Source: a virus (Duplodnaviria; Caudoviricetes). Taken from it: a DNA stretch of 64,000 bases. Position numbers and translations under genes: made by a program. Numbering within the stretch: the first letter of the stretch is position 1; every line of letters starts with the position of its first letter. Below the pieces are notes generated by a model that was not told the origin of the DNA, did no database searches, and saw only the letters and a list, made by a program, of their open reading frames with translations. Positions 13,235 to 21,673 of the stretch are shown one piece after another. The stretch is from IMG/VR virus record IMGVR_UViG_3300032116_000009, one strand, 5' to 3'.

Positions 13235-16200
13235 ATGGCTAAACTCGGGATCAACACTGGTAGCAACCCTAATGATGGTCAGGGAGATCCATTGAGAGTT
13301 GCAATGGGTAAAATTAATAGTAATTTTACCGAAATTTACAGTGTAATTGGGGATGGAAATAATCTAATAAGTTATGCAAGTACTGCAGGAATTTCAACAC
13401 TTGCAAAAAATCTAACAGGTTCTCCAAGAATTAACGTCAGTGGAGTACTCAATACAGGAATTACAACCACAGAACATTTAGAAGTAAGAAATATAACATC
13501 TACCGGAATTATTACCGCAGTTCAATTTATTGGTGATGGAAGTCAATTAGAAAATGTAGTTGCAACAAGCGCTGGTGTAGAAGTCTTAGATGATAGTGTA
13601 CGAAGAGGCGTAGCACAAGAATTAAACTTTGGTGAAAATATTGTATGTAGTGGTCCAGATGGTGCTGGAAGGGTTACGATTTCAGTTGGAAATAATGTAA
13701 TTGTTGGATATGCAGCTACATATGCACAAATTTCTGGAGTTTCTACTTATGCCGTAACATCTGGAGTATCAACTTATTCTGGTTTATCTGGTGTTTCAAC
13801 TTATGCAGGTGTAGCTGGAGTAGCAACTTATGCAACTAATGCGGGAGTATCTAGTCTTGCAACTTTTGCTGCTAATGCAGGTGGAGCCACATATGCAGCT
13901 CTGGCAGGTGTCTCAACTTATGCGGGAGTTGCGGGTGTTGCAACTTACTCTGAAGTATCAGGAGTTTCTACTTACTCTGTTTTAACTGGCGTTTCAACTT
14001 ATTCTGGTGTAGCTGGTGTTGCTACCTATGCAACTAATGCTGGTGTTTCTAGTTATGCAGTTTTAGCTGGAGTTTCTAGTTATGCAGTAGTATCCGGAGT
14101 TGCTACCTATGCGACAAATGCTGGAGTTTCTAGTTATGCAGTTTTAGCTGGAGTTTCTAGTTATGCAATTAACTCAGGAGTTTCTACTTACGCTGGAGTA
14201 GCTGGAGTATCCACAGCGTTACAAAACTCAAGAACATTCCAAATAACTGGAGATGTTGTCGCTTCTTCAGTTAGTTTTGATGGAACTGGTAATGTATCTC
14301 TAGCAGCGACAATTCAACCAAACTCCGTTGGTCTTGGAACCGATACTACTGGAGATTATGTAAGAGACCTGACTGGAACTGCAAATCAAATTACAGTTAC
14401 TAGTGGAACTGGTGAAGGTTCTTCTCCTATAGTTTCCATTGCAAACAATCCCACTATTCCTGGAAACGTAACTATTGGTAATGACTTACAAGTTAACAAT
14501 AACCTGAACGTAACCGGAAATATTACTATTGGAGGCACATCTGCATATGTGATATCCGATGAATTTAGGGTTAAAGACGCAGATATTGTTCTTGGATTTA
14601 CCACAAATATTTCAGGTCAAGACGCTTCTACTGATAATACTGCAAATCATGGTGGCATAGCAGTTGCATCAACAGAAGGAACTCCCCTTGTCAGTCTTTT
14701 CATCGCTGGTATTGAAACCAATCCTCCCACATACAAAAAAATTATGTGGTTTAAGTCTGGAAGTTTTGCTGGACTTAATACGGATGCATGGTTGAGTAAC
14801 TATGCAGTTGGTATCGGTAGTACCCAATTCCCTGTTGGAACAAGATTAGCTGCAGGTTCTGTTCAGTTTAATGATAGAGACCTTACTGTTGTTAGAGGAG
14901 TAAATGCTTCTGGTATTGTAACAGGTTCTTCTTTTAGACCTTCTAGTGGATATATTCAAGCATCAGATGGAACAAACTCGTTCTTTATTTACAACTCAAC
15001 AGGAAACGTAGCTTTCCAAGGAACTATTGGTGCAAGTCAAATTAATAATGCATCGGGATTTAAAGTAATTGGATTTGCAGGGACTGATATAACGTTTGAA
15101 AATAATGCAAGAATATCTGGAGTTACTACTTCTGTTGGTGGTTTTGTAGGAAATCTTACAGGTACTGCAACAACTGCAACTAACTCTGGATATGCAAGTT
15201 TAGCCGGAGTTGCAACTTATGCAGGAGTGTCTGGAGTTGCAACTTATGCAGGAGTGTCTGGAGTTGCAACTTATGCAGGAACATCTGGAGTTTCTACTTA
15301 CTCAAACTTAGCTGGAGTTGCAACTTATGCAGGAGTGTCTGGAGTTGCAACTTATGCAGGAACATCTGGTGTTTCCACAACATCTGGATATGCAACAACT
15401 GCAGGAATCTCCACACTATCACAAGGACTTACTGGAACTCCAAATATATCAGTAAATCAAGTAGGAATTTCTTCAAATCTTTCTGTTTCAGGTATTACAA
15501 CTTTCTACAATGATGTTCATATTGAAAGTAATAGATCACTATTAATTGGATCTGGTAATGAACTTCAACTATTCAATAGTGGCCTAGATAGTTACATTGA
15601 AAATACAAGTGCGGGCAATCTCATCATTAGAGATGGTGGAACAGGAATACAACTTAGAAAGAGTGGTGGTGGACCTGGTGCTGGATTAATGGCAGTATTT
15701 AATACTGATGCTGGTGTTGAATTATATTATAATAGTGTAATTAAATTGCAAACATTCCAAAATGGAGTTGCTATTAATGAGTCCGTAGGTATTGGAAGTA
15801 CTGCATCCAATCCACCATATAGACTTACAGTAAGTGGAGTTGGTGCAACAATAACTCAAGGTCTCGCCAATGCTATTGCAGATCTTACATCAAGTGTAAA
15901 TGGATATGGGCAAGTTAATATCAGAAACTCACTTTCTGGTACAAATGCTTCTGGTGATCTAGTTATTACTGCAGATTCTGGAACCGATACTTCAAATTAT
16001 GTTAATCTTGGCATTAATAATACTGGATTCACTACATCATCTTGGACCATTAGTGGACCTCTTGATGGATACTTGTATACATCCGATGGCAACTTAGCTA
16101 TTGGTGCAGGGGCCTCAGCAAAGTATATTTCTCTATTTGCTGGAGGAACTCTTGCAGTAAATGAAGTAGTAAGAGTGAGTGATCTTGGAGTAGGTATATA

Positions 16201-17863
16201 CACGACAGTCCCTCAAGCTGCATTACACGTTTCTGGAGATGGTATTTTTACGGGTATTGTAACTGCAGGATCAGTTATCAGTGGTATTGCTTCAGTATCA
16301 CAATTGAATGTTTCTGGTGTAGGAACCTTCCAATCATCAGGATTACAAATAAGAAACCCAGCGAACACTTTTGGGTATACAATTACTGGTGGTGCAATTG
16401 CTGCTGATAGAACTCTCAACCTACCTGTAATCACTGGAACTGCTACACTTGCAGTTCTTAATATATCACAGACATTTACTAACACACAAACATTCAACGG
16501 AACATTAAGTGCTGCAGCTTTATTATCATTAAGTGGTAATACTTCAGGCACTCACGTTTTTGGAACTAACCAAACAACAGGAACACTAACATTTGGTGGA
16601 ACTTCTGGAACTGGAACAATCACATTTGGTCGTTCAACTGCTTCACAACAAACTGATATCCAAGCAGGTGCTTCTGGTGTAGGAACAACCAAAACAATCA
16701 ATTTTGGAACTGGTGGTCTTTCTGGTTCATTTACTCAAATTAATATTGGCCCAACTGCTGGTCTTGGAACTGTTGCAATTAACTCTGGGACTAACTTATT
16801 AGTAGGAACTACAACCTCAACAGGAACTGCATCACAACTACTTCAAGTAACTGGTGGTGGATATGTTTCTGGTAAATTTGGAGTAGGAACAACACTTCCA
16901 ACAAGTAATGTATCAATTGCTGGATCCTTTGCTGCTGGCATATTTGCAGATACTTTTGCAGTATCAAATGATGGGGATGGAATTGTAAGAGCAGGTTCTA
17001 ATATTATTGGTGGATCTGTTGGAACCTCAAGAGTTAATATTCAGGATAGGGCTGGATCACTCTTATCTTTTTATTATTCAACTGGACTAATTGGAAGAAT
17101 AAATGTTGCAAACACAACTGATCTTTCAGTAGAAGTTGGTGGAAGTGAAAGAATAAGAATACACAATTCAACTGGTAATGTTGGTATTGGAACAACAATT
17201 GCAACCGAAGCATTATCAGTTCTTCCTAAAATACAGATACTCAATAATTCAAGTGCAGACGGCAGACTTATTTTTAGAGCAAAGCCAGGTAATGCATATC
17301 GTTGGAATATTGATAATGATGGTGATACAAACAACTTTAGATTTTTCAGAGAGGATGATGCGAATGCTGCAAATGGAACAGCGCCCTTCCAAATTACACC
17401 AACAGGTAATGCAATATTATCTGGTAATCTAAATGCTGCCGGAAATTATTATGTAAAACTAGCAAGAACCTCAAACCAAACTATAACTAGTCTTTCCGAT
17501 ACTTTGATAGGATTTTCTGCAATTAGTGATGGTAATAATTGGTTCAACTCTGGAAATAATCGTATCACCCCAACTGTTGCAGGAAACTATTGTATAAATG
17601 CAATGGTAAAATGGGAAGCAGGTGCAGCAACGAATACTGTCCAGTCAAATATTCAGATAAGAAGAAATGGAACTACAGCTGCACTTTCTGTATGTGGCGT
17701 ACAAACACACACATACACAATGAATGTTTCTGCTATTGTAACTCTGAATGGTAGTACTGATTATGTTGAACTTACTGCTTATACTGGAAATCCAACCAGT
17801 CAAGATATTGGTGGAGACGCTGGTGGAACTTTAACTAAGTTAGAGATGTTCAAACTCAATTAA
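13235..17863 (+). CDS. Tail fibre / baseplate-anchored fibre protein
   Basis: INTGSNPNDGQGDPLRVAMGKINSNF attachment-type N-terminus, GV(S/A)TY repeats, GNVGIGTT repeats, beta-sandwich (C1q-like) C-terminus. Confidence 0.85.
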   Translation: MAKLGINTGSNPNDGQGDPLRVAMGKINSNFTEIYSVIGDGNNLISYASTAGISTLAKNLTGSPRINVSGVLNTGITTTEHLEVRNITSTGIITAVQFIGDGSQLENVVATSAGVEVLDDSVRRGVAQELNFGENIVCSGPDGAGRVTISVGNNVIVGYAATYAQISGVSTYAVTSGVSTYSGLSGVSTYAGVAGVATYATNAGVSSLATFAANAGGATYAALAGVSTYAGVAGVATYSEVSGVSTYSVLTGVSTYSGVAGVATYATNAGVSSYAVLAGVSSYAVVSGVATYATNAGVSSYAVLAGVSSYAINSGVSTYAGVAGVSTALQNSRTFQITGDVVASSVSFDGTGNVSLAATIQPNSVGLGTDTTGDYVRDLTGTANQITVTSGTGEGSSPIVSIANNPTIPGNVTIGNDLQVNNNLNVTGNITIGGTSAYVISDEFRVKDADIVLGFTTNISGQDASTDNTANHGGIAVASTEGTPLVSLFIAGIETNPPTYKKIMWFKSGSFAGLNTDAWLSNYAVGIGSTQFPVGTRLAAGSVQFNDRDLTVVRGVNASGIVTGSSFRPSSGYIQASDGTNSFFIYNSTGNVAFQGTIGASQINNASGFKVIGFAGTDITFENNARISGVTTSVGGFVGNLTGTATTATNSGYASLAGVATYAGVSGVATYAGVSGVATYAGTSGVSTYSNLAGVATYAGVSGVATYAGTSGVSTTSGYATTAGISTLSQGLTGTPNISVNQVGISSNLSVSGITTFYNDVHIESNRSLLIGSGNELQLFNSGLDSYIENTSAGNLIIRDGGTGIQLRKSGGGPGAGLMAVFNTDAGVELYYNSVIKLQTFQNGVAINESVGIGSTASNPPYRLTVSGVGATITQGLANAIADLTSSVNGYGQVNIRNSLSGTNASGDLVITADSGTDTSNYVNLGINNTGFTTSSWTISGPLDGYLYTSDGNLAIGAGASAKYISLFAGGTLAVNEVVRVSDLGVGIYTTVPQAALHVSGDGIFTGIVTAGSVISGIASVSQLNVSGVGTFQSSGLQIRNPANTFGYTITGGAIAADRTLNLPVITGTATLAVLNISQTFTNTQTFNGTLSAAALLSLSGNTSGTHVFGTNQTTGTLTFGGTSGTGTITFGRSTASQQTDIQAGASGVGTTKTINFGTGGLSGSFTQINIGPTAGLGTVAINSGTNLLVGTTTSTGTASQLLQVTGGGYVSGKFGVGTTLPTSNVSIAGSFAAGIFADTFAVSNDGDGIVRAGSNIIGGSVGTSRVNIQDRAGSLLSFYYSTGLIGRINVANTTDLSVEVGGSERIRIHNSTGNVGIGTTIATEALSVLPKIQILNNSSADGRLIFRAKPGNAYRWNIDNDGDTNNFRFFREDDANAANGTAPFQITPTGNAILSGNLNAAGNYYVKLARTSNQTITSLSDTLIGFSAISDGNNWFNSGNNRITPTVAGNYCINAMVKWEAGAATNTVQSNIQIRRNGTTAALSVCGVQTHTYTMNVSAIVTLNGSTDYVELTAYTGNPTSQDIGGDAGGTLTKLEMFKLN
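13720..14215 (+). repeat. 27-nt (9-aa) GV[SA]TYAxxA repeat block; second block at about 15190..15400
   Basis: GVSTYAGVA / GVATYATNA periodicity in the translation. Confidence 0.85.
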
Positions 17864-17938
17864 ATAATAATGGTTTTATTGAATCTTAAATTAACATAAT
17901 TTAATACTAAATAAGCCGCCCAAAAAATCATAAGAACA

Positions 17939-18400
17939 ATGAAAAGACTATTATTGGCCTTTTCGTTATTCTTCGCTATCCCAGTTAATGCTGCTGAAAT
18001 TACATCAAGAATTACTGATTCCGTACAATTGAAAGTTGATGGTGCTGCAGTTCAATCAACCAGAATCGGTGCTTCATATTCAGCGTCAGGAACCAATATC
18101 CAATCCTCATCCTTTGGTGGTGTAGGTGGTGCTGGAACCTACGACATTAATACTCCAGGTCAAGCATTTACTTTCTCAGAAAGTTTTAATGCTGCGGATA
18201 CTCCTGTTACCACTCAAACAGTAACGAATGGTGTTATCGGAACTCCAAATCTTTATGGAGATACTGTAACTCAAGTTGGTGGTGAGAAGGGATCCCTCGC
18301 AGGTACTCTCTCTCCAACTGGCGTTCCTACTATTACAGCTGGTGGTGCTGGAACTACCGCAACAGGTCAAAGAGCCATTGAACTAAGCGTATTCAAATGA
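17939..18400 (+). CDS. Secreted G/S/T-rich protein (module gene 1)
   Basis: Signal peptide MKRLLLAFSLFFAIPVNA; CTAAATA late promoter at about 17907. Confidence 0.8.
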   Translation: MKRLLLAFSLFFAIPVNAAEITSRITDSVQLKVDGAAVQSTRIGASYSASGTNIQSSSFGGVGGAGTYDINTPGQAFTFSESFNAADTPVTTQTVTNGVIGTPNLYGDTVTQVGGEKGSLAGTLSPTGVPTITAGGAGTTATGQRAIELSVFK

Positions 18401-18762
18401 GACATTTAACTCCCGCTTTGCTTTTAGCGGCGGGAGTCATCTGTACTCCCGTTTACGCTGAGAGTGTTGTGCCCAATTTTACGAGGGGTACAATCAATGC
18501 AACCACAGAATCTACTACAAAGATTATAGAGACAATCCGCCAAGTTGAATATACAACTGGTGAATCTTATACTGTAACTGGTACGAACATCAACATTCCT
18601 GGCGTTCCTCAAAGGGGTGCTGGTTATTCGATTATGACGCAAGGTGCTCCATTCCAGTTCAGCGAAACCTACCTCGGACCTGGAGTGGCAAAAGAAACAT
18701 GGATAGACCGTACTACAGAAACCCAATCAACCACTACATCAATCTCTGTCTTTACGCAGTAA
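18397..18762 (+). CDS. Secreted protein (module gene 2)
   Basis: Signal peptide ending PVYA; ATGA overlap. Confidence 0.8.
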   Translation: MRHLTPALLLAAGVICTPVYAESVVPNFTRGTINATTESTTKIIETIRQVEYTTGESYTVTGTNINIPGVPQRGAGYSIMTQGAPFQFSETYLGPGVAKETWIDRTTETQSTTTSISVFTQ

Positions 18763-19283
18763 TCTCAACAGGAACTGCATTTGCTCAAACTGCCCCAGCA
18801 CCAAGTAATACAAACATTGCTGGACCTTCAGCATCTGCTACTGGTAATGTAACTAACCAGGCAGTTCAGGTACTTCAAGGCCCTTTTGCTTTGAATACTT
18901 TTGGATCTGGAGTTTCATGTCAAGGCCCCACATTTTCCATATCACCATTTATTATTGGTAATGGAAATGCAAGTCAAGATCCAGAACAATTTCCATCTTA
19001 TTCTGGAAATGCTGGATTATCCATGGGTTTTAATATTCCTCTAGATGGTTCTTTGCAAGAACTATGCAAATCAAGAGCCAAAGTTGAAATCTCAAGACAA
19101 CAAGCAGAAGCAGACAAAGCACGTTTAGATTTTGAACTTGTAAGACTTTTAAAATGCGGTGAAGCATACAAGTCAGGAATTATGTTCCATCCGGACAGTC
19201 CTTATCACAAAATTTGTGCTGATGTTGTTGTGAAATATCCAAGAGTTGGGGATGTGGTCAATGGAACCAATACAATCAATTGA
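18699..19283 (+). CDS. Secreted protein (module gene 3); start uncertain
   Basis: ...TGTAFA-QTAPAP signal-like segment, Cys pairs, C-terminal coiled coil. Confidence 0.75.
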   Translation: MDRPYYRNPINHYINLCLYAVISTGTAFAQTAPAPSNTNIAGPSASATGNVTNQAVQVLQGPFALNTFGSGVSCQGPTFSISPFIIGNGNASQDPEQFPSYSGNAGLSMGFNIPLDGSLQELCKSRAKVEISRQQAEADKARLDFELVRLLKCGEAYKSGIMFHPDSPYHKICADVVVKYPRVGDVVNGTNTIN

Positions 19284-20139
19284 TAATCCAAATCTAAGAA
19301 CAATAATCGGAAATAATCCGATCAATGTACCAAGTGCAAACATAAATCGAATATCTGGTCCATCTGTAATTTCAACTATAGACAGACCAAATGTTCGTTC
19401 TGTAGAAGCGCCTGTTGTTCGTGGACTGGAAGTTCCTATCATTGATGTTCCGAATACTGCAATAAAGTATCCAGTCATTAATGTTCCAACTCAAGCAGAG
19501 TTTGATGCTGCAGTAAAAGCAGAACGTGAAAAACAGGCACAAGAACAACAGGAAAAATCAAGGGGGTTACCTGATACTACTCCCCCTCCTCAACTGCCCC
19601 AAGTTAACGAAACTCCTCTGTCTCAAACTGTACCTACAGTTGCAGAAGTTCCAGTAGATAAACCTCAACCTACATTTTCCGTTTATGGAGTCGATATTAA
19701 TTTACCTGACCCTTCTCTTGTTGCTACGGCTGGTGCTGTAGCTGTAGTTACAACTGCAGCTACAATAGCATCAACCGCAGTTTTTAATGGTCTAAGAAGT
19801 GCAGCAGAACCATTTTTAAAAGAAGCTGCAAAAAATAAATTCAAAATTAAGATCAAACAAGTTAAACCTGTTCTCCATTATGTAATGGCTGAATCAGGTC
19901 ACATTGATATTTTTGAGTACTCATCTGAAGGTACACGATTAGTTGCTCAAGTTGATAATGTAGAACAATACATTAGAGATCAAGTAGAGAAAAATACACT
20001 TTATGAAATTGAGAATAAAGTAATCATTGATGAACCCGTAAAAGAAAAATTCACAAAAGAAGGGCAAGAAAGATTTAAATCTCTCTACGCCCCTCCTAAG
20101 AAAATCGCTAAAAAATTATCAGCTAGATTGTCTTTCTAA
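19261..20139 (+). CDS. Membrane-anchored protein (module gene 4)
   Basis: Pro-rich N-terminal half, central hydrophobic helix LVATAGAVAVVTTAATIA. Confidence 0.75.
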   Translation: MEPIQSIDNPNLRTIIGNNPINVPSANINRISGPSVISTIDRPNVRSVEAPVVRGLEVPIIDVPNTAIKYPVINVPTQAEFDAAVKAEREKQAQEQQEKSRGLPDTTPPPQLPQVNETPLSQTVPTVAEVPVDKPQPTFSVYGVDINLPDPSLVATAGAVAVVTTAATIASTAVFNGLRSAAEPFLKEAAKNKFKIKIKQVKPVLHYVMAESGHIDIFEYSSEGTRLVAQVDNVEQYIRDQVEKNTLYEIENKVIIDEPVKEKFTKEGQERFKSLYAPPKKIAKKLSARLSF

Positions 20140-20894
20140 TATTTTCCTTCTGTACAATACTCTACTTTTTTATTTGGATAATAAGGATACTTACCCTCTT
20201 GTGGTTTCATAAATCCACAACCAATTAACCAATCCATAGTCATTGGAGTTGGTCTCATCTGATCCCACAGTGGACCTTTAGCACACATCTCTAACTTCTC
20301 AGCAGTAACATTCGATTGTTCTTCTGCCCAGTTAGCATCTGCTTCCCAGGGAACAGCACGACTCTGCATCATAGATTCATAGGTCAATCTAGTATTCTTC
20401 ATAATCCAAGCAGGGATTTCTGAATCCTGATGAACCTGGGCCATGAATGATGTCTGAATCCCACCACCCATACAATCTTGTACGGCATGCCATCCTTCAT
20501 GTCTCATCGTTCCAAGAAACTCTCTTGGATCTTTGAGAAGTTGTTCGTTCACAAAGAAACGATTGTAGTTTGGTTTATATAATCCTACTGTCCTTGGAGT
20601 AAAATATCTTTCTGGTGCAACATAAACGGGAACATTTACACCATCAAGAGCAGTAATAATTCTTGTTAGTTCTTCTCTGAATGGATCAAAGTCTGGATCC
20701 TTTAGTAGTTCAGAATCTACTGTGAGTTTTTCTACTCCTTCAGTGCATTCTAGGAGAATCATACAACCCATTGCTGCTGGACTGTATGGTTTTACTGTTG
20801 GTTGTGTTGGCGCTAGTGATGACGCCATAGCAGGAAATGCTAAGGATAAAACTAAACCAACTGAGGTGAGTAACTTTTTCATTCGTTCCACCAA
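20136..20894 (-). CDS. Secreted zinc metallopeptidase-like protein
   Basis: Signal peptide; HEGWH (HExxH) motif. Confidence 0.7.
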   Translation of the reverse strand: MVERMKKLLTSVGLVLSLAFPAMASSLAPTQPTVKPYSPAAMGCMILLECTEGVEKLTVDSELLKDPDFDPFREELTRIITALDGVNVPVYVAPERYFTPRTVGLYKPNYNRFFVNEQLLKDPREFLGTMRHEGWHAVQDCMGGGIQTSFMAQVHQDSEIPAWIMKNTRLTYESMMQSRAVPWEADANWAEEQSNVTAEKLEMCAKGPLWDQMRPTPMTMDWLIGCGFMKPQEGKYPYYPNKKVEYCTEGKY

Positions 20895-21079
20895 CCTTCT
20901 TGTTTATGAATCCAGACTTTCAAATCTTTTACATACTTTCTCAAGATCTGGGCCTGTTCTTCATGCCAAAAATCACCCGTCTCCATGTGAAGACGGGTGT
21001 GATTATCTATAGCTTTAAGTATTTGATGGATGGGAGCATTCCAACACTCCCTTTTTGGAGTGTTCCATTCTCTTGGCAT
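20879..21079 (-). CDS. Hypothetical protein
   Basis: 66-aa ORF in an operon. Confidence 0.65.
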   Translation of the reverse strand: MPREWNTPKRECWNAPIHQILKAIDNHTRLHMETGDFWHEEQAQILRKYVKDLKVWIHKQEGWWNE

Positions 21080-21186
21080 GGTACAACCAGCGAGTGTATT
21101 TCATTATATCTAAAATATTCAAGTTGGCATTGTCCTGGACTAATCTCAGTGTAACCAACAATCATAAAAGCAATCAATTCCATCAT
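21007..21186 (-). CDS. 59-aa hypothetical protein MMELIAFMIVGYTEISPGQC...
   Basis: Hand-translated; overlaps both neighbours. Confidence 0.5.
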   Translation of the reverse strand: MMELIAFMIVGYTEISPGQCQLEYFRYNEIHSLVVPCQENGTLQKGSVGMLPSIKYLKL

Positions 21187-21299
21187 TTTTTCTTTCCACC
21201 ATTCTTTGCTTTTTTGGCAGTGGCATTACCTTGATTCTGTTTAGAGTTTTTTTGTCCTCCAGAAGAACCTTTCTTGCCTTTGTTTGCAGACTTAGACAT
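21183..21299 (-). CDS. 38-aa Lys-rich basic peptide MSKSANKGKKG...GGKKK
   Basis: Hand-translated; stop/start overlaps on both sides. Confidence 0.6.
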   Translation of the reverse strand: MSKSANKGKKGSSGGQKNSKQNQGNATAKKAKNGGKKK

Positions 21300-21637
21300 T
21301 ATGCTCCACCGGTACGGGGTTGAACTTGGCCCTCTAGAACTTCAACTCTTTCCTCAAGGGTTGGTTCTGCGGCAGCAACTTCTGGTGCTGGTAGTTCAGG
21401 GAGAGATTCTACGACATCTTCCCTTTTTGGTTCTTCCTTCTTTTCATCATCATCACCACCCTTCTTCATTGTGTTAATACCAAAGGTTGCAGCAGAAGCA
21501 GTGAATACGGTTGCAATAAAGGTAGGATCCATTTTAGCGAGAGCACCAGCGTAACTTGCTGTCAATAGTGCGGCAGACCAACCCAAAATCGCAATACGAA
21601 TAATCTGACTCATACATTTTTCCCTTTTGTTTTCCAT
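21299..21637 (-). CDS. Two-TM membrane protein (possibly holin-like)
   Basis: Two hydrophobic segments and a charged tail; near lysis enzymes. Confidence 0.6.
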   Translation of the reverse strand: MENKREKCMSQIIRIAILGWSAALLTASYAGALAKMDPTFIATVFTASAATFGINTMKKGGDDDEKKEEPKREDVVESLPELPAPEVAAAEPTLEERVEVLEGQVQPRTGGA

Positions 21638-21673
21638 CAGTTCCTAGTGATGATGTCTTTGTTATTTAGGATT

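Noticed and set aside
13720-15400. Regular repeats as a possible CRISPR array
   Set aside because: In-frame coding repeats without unique spacers; no cas genes in the window.
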